A DNA stretch of 64,000 nt, taken from the NCBI GenBank assembly GCA_051362555.1, contig CM120646.1, positions 8,928,001 to 8,992,000 of the forward strand. The letters run 5' to 3'. How positions within the stretch are numbered: the first letter of the stretch is position 1; each line of letters starts with the position of its first letter. Shown here one piece after another: positions 25,431 through 39,093 of the stretch. The notes under the pieces were generated by a model. The model was not told the DNA's origin, made no database searches, and saw only the letters and a program-made list of their open reading frames with translations. The stretch comes from Lingula anatina (taxonomy: Eukaryota; Animalia; Brachiopoda). The translations under genes were made by a program, and so were the position numbers.

Positions 25431-28400
25431 CACCCACCCTCCTCGGGAAGACTTTCTTCTTATAGTAACCAAAGGGAAATTTCTGTAAAACCCTTGAAAA
25501 GTATTCAATGATTTCCAAGTACCCGGACCAGGAAACGAACCCAAACCCGAGAGGTACCACTGAGTCAATGAAATTACTGTAGTTACCAAAGTAAACTTCT
25601 AATAAAAATCCCAATACATTAAAGAAATTTTAGAAACGTAAGCCAAGGTCGAAGCCCAACCCCAGGGTGCCGCTGAGAAACGCAACTGTCAAAGAAATAA
25701 CTGAGACATTTTGTATACTTGGAAAGTCTTTATTCAGTGCCAAATAACTACGTATTAATTATTTTTAAGCATTTTATTGTAAAACTACCAAGTTTAAGAA
25801 CACTTAAATCACTACTTAATCACTTTGAGACACGTAAGACATGCATGTAAGACAAATTTATATCTCAAAGGTGTAACATATACAACAAATGTATTACATT
25901 TCACCAATAAACGGTCAACTTAACTACTCGTTTATGGTTTGTTGTTATCAATATGTACAAGCATTTAAAAAATTCAAAACAAATTTGAGAAATTGACAGT
26001 AATTAAAGAGATATCAAGCAGTTCATCAAATGATTTATTATTACCATAGCATAAAACGTGGAAAAAGGACATATCATGAAAATCGCTGTTGGGAAAATAT
26101 ATCAGTAAATTGTTGTAAGTTCCAAGTGATCTTTCAAAATATTCACTTTCGTCTTATGAAAAAAAAATGATGATCTGGACGATCAAAAGTTTCCATATTT
26201 GTGCATACTTTATTCGCACGACAACGTAACGCCAAGTCACCACTCGCTACCTTGCTGGTACTTTCGCCCTAAAAAGTTCGGAAACATCGTTATTTTGAAT
26301 AGTTATAAAATAATAATTATTATTAATGGTAAATATTTTAACCAAATATTGTTGGATAATGAACCGACCATTTGTTAATCTTTACTACCACAGAAGATTT
26401 TCCCAACACACTACATTTTTTTATTATTGAAAAACAATGTCACGTTTCCAAACTTTCTTGGTCGCGTGTATAATAACCAACAATCTCCCAGGGCCGCTGA
26501 TTTCATGTGCACTTTTCTCTGACGCATGCAGGACAGAAAAGTCCTGCACGTTGAAAGGCATAAGGGGCAGATATCTTTACTGAAATAAACCAAACCTGTA
26601 TCTGACGACCACGCAGTCTTAGACATGCCATGTTTTTATTACCCAATGCTTTACTTTAAAGGTATAGACAGAACGATTAACATTTGATTGAAACAGAATT
26701 TTGCGCTATCAGTTCGCCCCCTATGCCTTGAAGGGTTGACATTGTTGGTCAGTGAACCCACAATTTTTAAAGCTCCCGTCACACAAAAATCTGTACAGTG
26801 TACTACAGTAGCTATAATTCAACTTATATTCAACGGACTGAAATAGTACAACTGGACTAGTGAAATCGTGCCAAAATTAGAAATGGAAGTGTAATACTTA
26901 TACAGTGTACCTACTGTATGTTACGCTCTTTTTATTTCAACCTCCAAACGCTTACTACAAATATTTACAAAAGTAAATAAATAGGGATTTAAATGTGAGA
27001 TTCCACAGCATTTCCCCTTTTTGTCTGCTTCTTGTAAATATACTCCTGGTACGTCTTTAACTGACGATTTCTTTACCTTTTCTACTAACGAAGTTCGAAA
27101 TAATTGTCATTTCCATAGGACGTGATAAGGTGAAGTAATGGAGGAAGCAAAATGTGGGGGAAACACTGGGGAGTGGTCAAGCCATTTTTATGCATGCACG
27201 CGTCACAGTACTTCTTATAAAATAAATTACAAATAAGTGAACATTAAATCCCTAACACTGATACATTGAAACGTTATACTGAATAGGTTAAAACATAAAT
27301 ATTCGTATACTTAGTTTCCACACCGCCTCGCATCCACTCCCTGATCACGTAAGGTGTAACAACTCTTCCCAGAGAGTAGGTTCAATTTACTTTATGGGGG
27401 AGGGGCTAAAGCTTTTCTGTCCAACCCTCACCCTTATCTGACGAACAAAACTTGATAAAAATTTACTAAAATCAGAATGTATATATATAGTGCATTTGTG
27501 TTAAATATATTTCAAAAAGAAACCAGAAGAAAACACCCGAAATGAAATAATATTATGTAGGTCAATGGCGATTCTAAATTGGTCCACTGCTTTTATCTGA
27601 ACAGTTTTCGCCATGTTTGACAAACTGGGCAGTACTATAACGCCACCTGGAGGAAAATATGATCGTATTTGTTGCAATAAGTACCTATCACATTATGCTA
27701 TCAACATATTGTAGCTGTATATGATATCTACGTCTTTGTATGTCCACACATGAATCTACAGTGTATGTACAGGTGTATGTGAGCAAAAATCTAATAAGGT
27801 TGGTTTTTAAACGTTAGACCTACATCTGTGTTTCAGTCTAGAAAGAGCAACTTGATTATGATTGAGGTAAGCTTATCTGTTGAATGTGTGTAATTGAAGT
27901 GAATTTTTGAGAAAAGTGAAAACTAGACTGGCAAATTCCGATGAATATTAATAATAATGACATATCAAGTCCAATGGTTGTGACATTTGTACAACTGAAG
28001 CTTAACAACTGTATAAATCTGAAATAAGCTTATCAGTTGATTGTGTATCATGAAAAACTTTTATATTTCATAATTGCATTTAAAAACTGGCAAATTACAT
28101 GGCTTACAATTGTTAAGCATTAATAATTTTGACAAATTTAGTCCATTATTTGTTATACTTGTACAAATGCTGCTTAACAGCAATAGAAATGTGATAACTC
28201 ATCAGTTACACTGTGTGATTACTGAAGACTGGTAACTGCATATTTGTAAAAAACATTTTTAAAACAGTGCAAATTACATTTAAAAAACTGCTAAATTCAA
28301 CAGATTAAAATAGCTAAACGTTAATAACTCTGCCAGATGTACTGTCATGCTTGTAAAACTTGTACAACTGTGGCTTAATTAGCAACTAAAATAATCTAAA

Positions 28401-28610
28401 ATAAGCTGATCAGTTAACTGTATGTAATGAAATTAATATTTAGGACAACATATTTAAGAAAACTGATAACAACTATTAAAAAAACTGGAAATTCCATGGA
28501 TAAAAATAGTTAAAAGTTAATGATTTTGACAAATCTAGTCCAAAGTTTGTGAAATATATACCACTTAAGTTAAAAAAAAAAAGACAAGTTAATCTGCTAT
28601 GTGTAATTGA

Positions 28611-28641
<31 letters not shown>

Positions 28642-28678
28642 GTTTTTTTTTTTTGCACAATTCATTTGAGAAAGGTGA

Positions 28679-30510
28679 AAACTAGAGGGTCAGAGAGGGG
28701 AAACAGCCTCCAGGTTTTGTACGACCAGCTGGAGTAAGCACACTCTTATAGAAACAAAAAAGGGAAACCACCTCCAGTGTTGTGCTTGACAAACTTTACA
28801 AAATACAGTAAACGACAGTTCTCAATTTTTTTAAGAATACATGTATTACAATTTATAACAAATTGTGGGGAGAAGTAAAGTTCAAATTCAAGGTTGCAGT
28901 AAGAATGAGAATATAGGACTTCCCATCCAAGTTCAATTGTATATATATCAGAGCTTGGAAATTTGGAAAGTGCGCTTCATGGATAAAGGTAGGTCAAAGG
29001 TCAAATTCAAGGTCACAGGAAGACTGTCAACATATGAGTTCTTATTCAAGTTTGGTAGTATCTATGGGCATGCCAGTTTTGGAGACATAACGGACGGAAA
29101 ATTTGCCAAGTTCAGTTCATGGTGAAAAGTAGATCAAAGGTCAATTTCAAGGTCACAGATTGCCAGTATATGACTTCCTATTGAAGATCAATATCTCTGC
29201 CAGTTTTGGAGATATAGTGATGGAAAACTTGCATAGTTCAGCTCATGGTGAAAAGTGGGCAAGTGACTTTCAAGGTCACGTTTTGCCAGTATATGACTTC
29301 AATAATAATTTTGGGCATATCTCCACTAGTTTTGGAGATCTAAGGGGTGGACGACTTGCAAATTAAGTTCAGTTAATGGTGAAAATTAGGTCAAAAGTCA
29401 ATTTCAAGGTCACATATTGCCAGTATATTACTTCCTGTTCAAGTTTAATAGTAACTTTGGGTGTATATCTGGCAGTTTTGTAGATATAAGGGACAAAAAA
29501 GTTGCAAAGTTCAGTTCAAATTGAAAATGAGGTCAAAGGTCAATTTCAAGGTAACAGTTAGATTGTCAGTATGTGGCTTCCTATTCAAGTTTTATAGTAA
29601 CTGTGGGCTTATGTATCTCTGGCAGTTTTGGAGATATAAGGGACAGAGAGTTGCAAAGTTCAGTTCAAATTGAAAATTAGGTTAAAAGTCAATTTCAAGG
29701 TCACATATTACCAGTATATTACTTCCTGTTCAAGTTTAATAGTAACTTTGGGCGTATATCTGGCAGTTTTGGAGATATAAGGGACAAAAATCAATCTCAA
29801 GGAGACAGATTGCCAGTATATGACTTCATATTGAAGGTCTATAGTAACTATATGGGGGTATCTCTGCTAATTTTGGAATTATTTCACATTTTATTTTCTC
29901 CAATGAATATTACGACACTGTACTTCCTGATATGGCGCAACTCATATATCATATGGAAAACAAAAAAACAGACACCATCCCTAGTGTTGTGCTTGACAAG
30001 TTCTATAAAATGCACTAAACAAGAGATTTCTAGCATTTATGGTTCCAGGATTAGAGTTTTCAGTCAAGAAATCTAATGGCCGCTTCTCCCATAAAAATGC
30101 ACCAACTGACCCCAAACTCATGAAGATGAAAGATGACCCAGGCAAAAAAAAAATAAATAAAAAAAAAATAAATAAAAAAACATTTTAAGAAAATTTTGGC
30201 CCATTTGACCTTAAATGGGCATATTTTAAATCCCACGTATCACTTTCAGACATCCATAGAAACTTTTCCTGCAATGCCTTCAGTTTGGGAGATATTTTGC
30301 ATTTCATTTTGCAAATTTTGGACAAGGGTGCAATGTGACGAACACCACACCTACACCCCAGCACCGACAAAGCCCAAAATTCCCATGGATAAAGTTGAGA
30401 TTATATCTGACCTACATACAAGAGATGGATACACGGGCTCTTATAGTTTAAGAGAAGAAGCAGTAACAATGACGTGGTGGCAGAGCACAATGTGCAATAA
30501 GACTTAAAAT
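28679..30510 (-). mobile_element. HINE family B, older degenerate copy with ~140-149-bp AGGTCA-rich internal repeats
   Basis: Starts aactagagggtcagagagg...ttgtacgaccagc like 44141; collinear with 44141-47400; far terminus not recognisable. Confidence 0.8.
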
Positions 30511-31184
30511 GTACCAAAATTACCATCATGAATATAATTAAATATTTACAATTTTGTCAGTTATATTTTATTTCTTTTTAATTTTGAAAAAATGACATTT
30601 AACAACTGCAGATATCTGTGATAAGCTTATCAGTTGATTGTGTGTAACAGAAGTGTAGCTTATTGGCAATTTGTATGAGAAGAGTGAGAATTATTGAAAA
30701 CAAATATTTTAATAAGCCAATATATCATTCAATATATCATTCAGTCTCCAAAGAAACATCAAATGTGATAATTTGTTTGCTTGTGTAGAGGTGACAAATT
30801 GTCCAGAAATGTGACCTAGAAAACAACATATACCCATTCAAGACTTCTTACTACCAATACCAGGTGCAGATTCCTCCTTACAATCAGTTTCTGGAATCGG
30901 GGTTTAGCACACCATTTGACAAAATATATTTGAAAAAAGTGTAAATTAAATATTTAAAAGTGATAAATTTCCCAGATTAAAATAGTTAAACATAAATACT
31001 TTTGATAAAGTTTAGCTTAATAGACGACTGTGTTTAATGAAAAGGATATTTTCAGTCAATATATTTGAGAAGCTGAAAATAACATTGAAAAAAATGCCAA
31101 ATTCGATAACTTAAAATAGTTAAACATTAATAATATTGGCAAATCTACTCCAATATTTGTGAAATTTGTACAAATCATGCTTAA

Positions 31185-31521
31185 AGGGATAATAACTCTT
31201 TGTTTCGACCAAAAAATGAATTTTCCTGGAGTAAACAACAATTTTCCCAAACTTACCAATGGTTAATGAATCCATTTTTACATTCAAAGTTAGTCCCTGT
31301 TTTTTTTCTAAAAAGTTTGGTTTTTTGTTAAAATCTCTTAAGAGATTTTAACAGAGTATAGCCATCAATGGAGGTCACGTGGTCTAAAGACAAGCTCAGA
31401 TATCAGAAAAATAGCTATAACTGCCGTTTTTGTGGTATAACAGAATATATTATATTTCTATGAGTTATTCACAATGTTTTTATTGTGAAATATAGATCTC
31501 ATACGAAGAGTTATTATCCCT
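31185..31521. mobile_element. Kolobok-like MITE (16-bp TIR, TTAA TSD) inserted in a satellite monomer
   Basis: TTAA-agggataataactctt...aagagttattatccct-TTAA; the satellite resumes on both sides. Confidence 0.85.
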
Positions 31522-32399
31522 TTAACATCTAAAAAATCTGTGAAAAGCACATCAGTTGACAATGTCAAATGAAAAAGATTTTTTCAGAACATATATTTTT
31601 GAGAAAACTGAAAATGACATTGAAAAGACTGCCAAATTCCATGACTTAAAATAGTTAAACATTAATAATTTTGACATATCTTGTTCAATCTTTGTGAAAT
31701 TTGTAAAAATGATGCATAACAACAATAATAATAACTTCATCAGTTGACTGAGTCCAATGAAGAAGATTTTTTCAGACAATATAATTGAGAAAAATGAATA
31801 TTACATTAAAAAGACTGGCAATTTTCATGGTATAAAATAGTTAAATGTTAATAGTTTTGACTAATCTAGTCCAATATTTTTTAAATTTGTACAAATGATG
31901 CATAAAATCAATAAAAATCTCTGAAAAACTCAGTTGACTGTGTCTAATTAAAAAGATTTTTAAGATCATATTAATTGGAGAAAACTGAAAATTACATTGA
32001 AAAGACTGCCAAATTCCATGGCTTAAATAGTTAAACGTTAATAATTTTCACAAATCTTGTCTAATATTTGTGAAATTTGGATAGATGATGCATAACAACA
32101 AAAAAAAATCTGTGATAAGCTCATCAGTTGACTGTGTCTCAGTAAAAATATTTTTTTTTTGGACAATAAATTTGAGAAAATTGAAAATGACACTGAAAAG
32201 ACTGCAAAATGCGGTGCCTTAAAATAGTTAATCGTTAATAATTTTCACAAAACTTGTTCAATATTTGTGAAATTTGGAGAGATGATGCTTAACAACAACA
32301 AAATCTGTGATAAGCTTAACAGTTGACAGTATGTGATAGAATTGTAGTTGTTTGACATTTTGTATGCGAAGAGTGAGAATTATCTACAATATTTCACAA

Positions 32400-32765
32400 C
32401 ATCTAATTAGACTCACATTAAACATTAAATATTATGATTTGAGATTGTTTGTGTAAGAGGTGACAAATTAACCATAATTGTCCTCTGGAAAAGAATATAT
32501 ACCCATTTAAGACATCTCCTTACTACCAATACCAGATGCAGATTCCTCCTTACAATCGGTTTCTGGAATAGGGTTTAGCACACCATTTGACAATGTCCTA
32601 AAGCTTGCCGTATGCCATCTACTGTACACATGGATGAGACATAGCATTGTTCTTTCGCTGTCTGTTTTTTCTATAGGAATTAGCCCTGACCAGACAGGAA
32701 GAATCAGTTCACCCAAAAAGCCATCATGCTGTATGGAAAAGGTCACCTGGAAAAAGAACAATATG
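32400..32765 (-). other. Non-satellite exon-like core, most open copy. Further copies at ~34120, 39350, 50490, 53570, 54705, 57790, 58920, 60840, 62370 and 63900; divergent partial at 30760-30922
   Basis: Minus-strand acceptor ttgttctttttccag, then 80 open codons (32746-32507); other copies carry an 11-nt insertion and 1-nt indels. Confidence 0.6.
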
Positions 32766-35700
32766 TTTGATAAAAGTGAAAATTAAATTCTAAAAATTAA
32801 CAAATTTCCCACACTAAAATAGTTGAACAATAATTTTGATAAACTTAACCTAAACAGTTGACTATGTCTAATAAAAAGGATATTTTCAGAACATATAAAT
32901 TTGAGAAATACTGAAAATGACATTGAAAAGACTGCCAAATGTGGTGCCTTAAAATAGTTAAATGTTAAAAATTTTAACAAATCTTGTCCAATATTTGTGA
33001 AATTTGGACAGATGATGCATAACAATAATAAAAATCTGTGATAAGCTCATCAGTTGACTGTGTCTCATGAAAAACATTTTTCAGAGCAAATAAATGTGAG
33101 AAAACTGAAAATAACACTGAAACGACTGCCACATTCCATGGCTTAAAATAGTTAAACGTTAATAATTTTTACAAATCTTGTCTAATATTTGTGAAATTTG
33201 GACAGATAATGCATAACAAAAATAAAAATCTGTGATAAGCTCATCAGTTTACTGTGTTTCATGAAAAACATTTTTGAGAGCAAATAAATGTGAGAAAACT
33301 GAAAATGACATTGAAAAGACTGCCAAATGCGGTGCCTTAAAATAGTTAAATGTTAAAAATTTTAACAAATCTTGTCCAATATTTGTGAAATTTGGACAGA
33401 TGATGCATAACAATAATAAAAATCTGTGATAAGCTCATCAGTTGACTGTGTCTCATGAAAAACATTTTTCAGAGCAAATAAATTTGAGAAAACTGAAAAT
33501 AACACTGAAACGACTGCCACATTCCATGGCTTAAAATAGTTAAACGTTAAAAATTTTAACAAATCTTCTCCAATATTTGTGAAATTTGGACAGATGATGC
33601 ATAACAATAATAAAAATCTGTGATAAGCTCATCAGTTGAATGTGTCTCATGAAAAAGAATTTTCAGAGCATATAAATGTGACAAAACTGAAAATGACACT
33701 GAAAAGACTGCAAAATTCCATGGTATAAAATAGTGAAACGTTAATAATTTTTACAAATCTTGTCTAATATTTGTGAAATTTGGACAGATAATGCATAACA
33801 AAAATACAAATCTGTGATAAGCTCATCAGTTTACTGTGTCTCATTAAAAAGGTTTTTTTGGACAATAAATTTGAGAAAATTGAAAATGACACTGAGAAGA
33901 CTGCAAAAGGCGGTGCCTTAAAATAGTTAAACGTTAATAATTTTAACAAAACTAGTTCAATATTTGTGAAATTTGGAGAGATGATGCTTAACAATAACAA
34001 AAATCTGTGATAAGTTTGACAGTTGACAGTGTGTGACAGAATTGTAGTTGTTTGACATTTTGTATGCGAAGAGTGAGAATTATCTACAAGATTTTTTTTT
34101 CAATTTCACAACATCTAATTAGACTCACATTAAACATCAAATATTATGATTTGAGTTTGTTTGTGTAAGAGGTGACAAATTACCCATAATTTTCCTCTGG
34201 AAAAGAATATATACCCATTTAAGACATCTAATTACTACCAATACCAGATGCAGATTCCTCCTTACAATCGGTTTCTGGAATTGAGGTTTAGCACACCATT
34301 TGACAATGTCCTAAAGCTTGCCATATACCATCTATTGTACACATGGATGAGACATAGCATTGCTCTTGCTGTTGTCTTTTGCTGTCTGTTTTTTTCTATA
34401 GGAATTAGCCCTGACCAGACAGGAAGAATCAGTTCACCAAAAAAGCCATCACGCTGTATGGAAAAGGTCACCTGGAAAAAGAACAACATGTTTGATAAAA
34501 GTGAAAATTAAATTCTAAAAATTGACAAATTTCCCACACTAAAATAGTTAAACGTTAATAATTTTCACAAATCTTGTCTAATATTTGTGGAATTTAGAGA
34601 GATGATGCTTAACAATAATAAAAATCTGTCATAAGCTCATCAGTTTACTGTGTCTCGTGAAAAACATTTTTCAGAGCATATAAATGTGAGAAAACTGAAA
34701 ATGACATTGAAAAGACTGCCAAATTCCATGGCTTAAAATAGTTAAATGTTAATAATTTTCATAAATCTTGTCTAATATTTGTGAAATTTGGATAGATGAT
34801 GCATAAGAACAATTAAAAGCTGTGATAAGCTCATCAGTTGACTGTGTCTCATGAAATACATTTTTTTTTTGGACAATAAATTTGAGAAAACTGAAAATAA
34901 CACTGAAACGACTGCAAAATTCCATGGCTTAAAATAGTTAAACGTTAATAATTTTTACAAATCTTGTATAATATTTGTGAAATTTGGATAGATGATGCAT
35001 AACAACAATAAAAATCTGTGATAAGCCAGAAGTTGACTGTCTCATAAAAAATATTTTTTTGGACAATAAAATTGAGAAAACTGAAAATGACATTGAAAAG
35101 ACTGCCAAATGCGGTGCCTTAAAATAGTTAAATGTTAATAATTTTCACAAATCTTGTCCAATATTTTTCAAATTTGGACAGATGATGCATAACAATAATA
35201 AAAATCTGTGATAAGCTCATCAGTTGACTGTGTCTCATGAAAACTATTTTTCAGAGCATATAAATGTGAGAAAACTGAAAACGACATTGAAAAGACTGCC
35301 AAATTCCATGGCTTAAAATAGTTTAACGTTAATAATTTTCATAAATCTTGTCTAATATTTGTGGAATTTGGAGAGATGATGCTTAACAAAAATAAAATCT
35401 GTGATAAGCTCATCAGTTTACTGTGTCTCATGAAAAACATTTTTCAGAGCATATAAATGTGAGAAAACTGAAAACGACATTGAAACGACTGCCAAATTCC
35501 ATGGCTTAAAATAGTTAAACGTTAATAATTTTTACAAATCTTGTCTAATATTTGTGAAATTTGGACAGATGATGCATAACAATAATAAAAATCTGTGATA
35601 AGCTCATCAGTTGACTGTGTCTCATGAAAAAGAATTTTCAGAGCATATAAATGTGAAAAAAATGAAAATGACATTGCAAAGACTTCAAAATTCCATGGCT

Positions 35701-37152
35701 TAAAATAGTTAAACATTAATAATTTTCACAAATCTTGTCTAATATTTGTGGAATTTGGAGAGATGATGCTTAACAATAATAAAAATCTGTGATAAGCTCA
35801 TCAGTTGACTGTGTCTCATGAAATACATTTTTTTGGACAATAAATTTGAGAAAACTGAAAATAACACTGAAACGACTGCAAAATTCCATGGCTTAAAATA
35901 GTTAAACGTTAATAATTTTTACAAATCTTGTCTAATATTTGTGAAATTTGGACAGATGATGCATAACAATAATAAAAATCTGTGATAAGCTCATCAGTTG
36001 ACTGTGTCTCATGAAAAAGAATTTTCAGAGCATATAAATGTGAGAAAACTGAAAATGACACTATAAAGACTGCAAAATTCCAAGGTATAAAATAGTTAAA
36101 CATTAATATTTTTCACAAATCTTGTCTAATATTTGTGAAATTTGGAACGATGATGCATAACAACAATTAAAAGGTGTGATAAGCTCATCAGTTGACTGTG
36201 TCTCATGAAATACATTTTTTTGGACAATAAATTTGAGAAAACTGAAAATGACATTGAAAAGACTGCTAAATTCCATGGCTTAAAATAGTTAAACGTTAAT
36301 AATTTTTACAAATCTTGTCTAAAATTTGTGAAATTTGGACAGATGATGCATAACAATAATAAAAATCTGTGAAAAGCTTATCAGTTTACTGTGTTTCATG
36401 AAAAACATTTTTGAGAGCATATAAATGTGAGAAAACTGAAAATAACACTGAAACGACTGCCAAATTCCATGGCTTAAAATAGTTAAACGTTAATAATTTT
36501 TACAAATCTTGTCTAATATTTGTGAAATTTGGACAGATGATGCATAACAATAATTAAAATCTGTGATAAGCTCATCAGTTGACTGTGTCTCATGAAAAAG
36601 AATTTTCAGAGCATATAAATGTGAAAAAACTGAAAATGACATTGCAAAGACTGCAAAATTCCATGGCTTAAAATAGTTAAATGTTAATAATTTTCATAAA
36701 TCTTGTCTAATATTTGTGGAATTTGGAGAGATGATGCTTAACTATAATAAAAATCTGTGATGAGCTGATCAGTTGAATGTGTCTTATGAAAAAGAATTTT
36801 CAGAGCATATAAATGTGAAAAAACTGAAAATGACATTGCAAAGACTGCAAAATTCCATGGCTTAAAATAGTTAAACGTTAAGAATTTTCACAAATCTTGT
36901 CTAATATTTGTGAAATTTGGATAGATGATGCATAACAACAATTTAAATGTGTGATAAGCTCATCAGTTGACTGTGTCTCATGAAAAACATTTTTTTTGGA
37001 CAATAAATTTGAGAAAACTGAAAATAACACTGAAACGACTGCCAAATTCCATGGCTTAAAATAGTTAATGAGAGAACAGTTTCATTAGCTCTGTATGTAT
37101 AAATTCAAATTACTGTTTTTCTTTTTATCAAGAGCTTGTAAAATATGTGGGT

Positions 37153-37202
37153 ATTACCTCCAATATTTCTGTGACTGTCAGTCACCATCATCAGGGAGTA
37201 AA
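37153..37202 (-). ncRNA. Minimal hammerhead ribozyme (inverted pLTR copy)
   Basis: Reverse complement of 39045-39093. Confidence 0.7.
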
Positions 37203-37319
37203 TGACTAGGGTCATTTCACCTGGAATGAAAATCCAGGTCAATTGCCCCTAATCACTGGCCTTGTGTTGTAACTGTTACTTGCTCCCCCCGGGGCTCCTC
37301 TGCATCCCTCTGGAGCACC

Positions 37320-38906
37320 GTGGATAGGAATGAATATGAAGAAAAATGCAACAACCTGTTGAAGGACGAAACAACATACAAACAATTAGCAAAAGACCCA
37401 ACACAGAAGCTGAAAACAAGACTTATCAACAAGTTGAAGAACATCAGAAAAGAGAATAGGATTGATGATGCCACATACCAGAAGATATACCCTACAGCAG
37501 AAGTGACCCCCCGGTTCTACGCCACTCCAAAAATACACAAAAAGGACAATCCTGTCAGACCAATAGTATCCGGGATAAACTCTATTACATATGAATTAGC
37601 AAAACACCTAGCAAAATTATTGAAGCCTCTTGTCGGAAAAACAAAATACCATATACAGAACTCACAACACCTCGTTAAGCTGCTGAAAGGTATAACACTT
37701 GAAAAGGATGACACACTTGTATCTTTTGACGTTTCCGCCTTGTTCACCAGCGTCCCGTGTGATGAAGTAGTAGGAATGTGTGTGAACAGATGCCAAAAAG
37801 ACACCACCTGGGCAAGTAGAACAGCATTAACACCTGAAGACATGGGCGAACTACTAGCTATGACCTTGGACACCACCTACTTTCAGTACAAAGGAAAATT
37901 TTACCAACAGACCTATGGAGCAGCAATGGGTTCCCCCCTGTCACCAGTCATAGCTAATATCTTCATGGAAGAATTTGAAATGAAAGCACTCCAAACAACA
38001 CCCAACCCATCTAAGTTCTGGGGAAGATATGTTGATGACACAGGAGTCGTATCCAAGAAGACGCATGTGCAGGCACTGTTTGAACACATTAATGCACAAC
38101 ACCAAAGCATACACTTCACAATAGAAGAAGAAAATGTAGAAGGTTCTCTGCCAATGCTAGATGTAAAGATGACCAAAGACAAAGAACGGATTAAAACCAC
38201 AGTGTACAGGAAAGCCACGAACACAGATCACTACTTACAGTGGTCGTCTCATCATCCAACCTCGCAAAAACTTAGTGTACCAGCTTCACTTTTCCACCGA
38301 TGTGAGACCGTGATATCCGATACAGAAGACAAACAAACAGAAAGGAAGAAGATTGAAAAAGACCTGTTAGCATGTGGATATCCAAAATGGGCACTAAAAC
38401 AAGGGGAAAAAAGAGGCAAGAACAGACATGACAAAGAAAAGGATGCAATGGGCCTCATTGAGGGTGCAAAGCAGAGTATAGTGTTACCATACTGCCAAGG
38501 TCTGTCAGAAAAACTAAGCCGGGTTTATAAAAAATATAACATCAAACTCCACCATAAGCCAGGTTGGACGCTGAGACAAGCACTAGTGAAGCCCAAGGAT
38601 CCTCTAACCCAAGGAGAGCAATGTGGTGTGATATATTCAGTCAAATGTGGAACCTGCCAAGGAGAATACATTGGCGAGACAGGAAGACCATTAGCCACAA
38701 GAATGAAAGAACACAAAGACTCAGTGGCCAAAAACAACTGGAAATCAGCCCTTGGAGAACATACCTGCAAACATCCAGGTCACCACATAGACTTTGACAG
38801 CCTGAAAGTGATAGACAGGGAAAACTGGACATTCCAAAGAAAAATAGCAGAAGCTGTACACATCAGGACCAAACAACCAGACCTGAACAGACAGGGGGGG
38901 GTATGA
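37320..38906 (+). CDS. PLE reverse transcriptase + GIY-YIG endonuclease (N-terminally truncated)
   Basis: 528 open codons: FYATPKIHK..RPIVS, SFDVSALFTSVP, GAAMGSPLSP, RYVDDT, LPMLDV, VYRK.T.TD.YL, GVIYSVKCGTCQGEYIGETGR..R.KEH, AEAVHI..LNR. Confidence 0.95.
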   Translation: MDRNEYEEKCNNLLKDETTYKQLAKDPTQKLKTRLINKLKNIRKENRIDDATYQKIYPTAEVTPRFYATPKIHKKDNPVRPIVSGINSITYELAKHLAKLLKPLVGKTKYHIQNSQHLVKLLKGITLEKDDTLVSFDVSALFTSVPCDEVVGMCVNRCQKDTTWASRTALTPEDMGELLAMTLDTTYFQYKGKFYQQTYGAAMGSPLSPVIANIFMEEFEMKALQTTPNPSKFWGRYVDDTGVVSKKTHVQALFEHINAQHQSIHFTIEEENVEGSLPMLDVKMTKDKERIKTTVYRKATNTDHYLQWSSHHPTSQKLSVPASLFHRCETVISDTEDKQTERKKIEKDLLACGYPKWALKQGEKRGKNRHDKEKDAMGLIEGAKQSIVLPYCQGLSEKLSRVYKKYNIKLHHKPGWTLRQALVKPKDPLTQGEQCGVIYSVKCGTCQGEYIGETGRPLATRMKEHKDSVAKNNWKSALGEHTCKHPGHHIDFDSLKVIDRENWTFQRKIAEAVHIRTKQPDLNRQGGV

Positions 38907-39044
38907 TTTACCAGCTATCTACCTCACGGTGCTCCAGAGGGATGCAGAGGAGCCCCGGGGGGAGCAAGTAACAGTTACAACACAAGGCCAGTGATTAGGG
39001 GCAATTGACCTGGATTTTCATTCCAGGTGAAATGACCCTAGTCA

Positions 39045-39093
39045 TTTACTCCCTGATGATGGTGACTGACAGTCACAGAAATATTGGAGGTAA
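39045..39093 (+). ncRNA. Minimal type I hammerhead ribozyme in the pLTR
   Basis: uuuacucc CUGAUGA ug gugac ugaca gucac a GAAA uauu ggagguaa; stem I acucc/ggagg, stem II gugac/gucac, palindromic AAUAUU replacing stem III. Confidence 0.75.

Noticed and set aside
26400-26740. piggyBac right end (gccttgaagggttga)
   Set aside because: No TTAA, no matching left end and no transposase similarity visible
33030-33235. Hammerhead ribozyme in the 194-bp monomer (minus-strand CTGATGAG...GAAA)
   Set aside because: No stem II closes the core, the GAAA is sequestered in the TTCACAAAT/ATTTGTGAA hairpin, and no stem I pairing can be formed
34175-34220. snRNA-type PSE + TATA promoter in the core (ttacccataatt...tatata)
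   Set aside because: Spacing is shorter than in U6-type promoters, the motif is absent in the divergent edge copy, and no recognisable snRNA follows
32783-36103. Short F/L/N-rich ORFs in the satellite and in HINE-B repeats (also 44403-46399)
   Set aside because: 194-bp and 145/146-bp periods are not multiples of three, and homopolymer indels vary freely among units
37517-38832. Antisense and alternate-frame ORFs over the Penelope ORF
   Set aside because: Shadow ORFs of the RT-EN coding frame with no independent motifs
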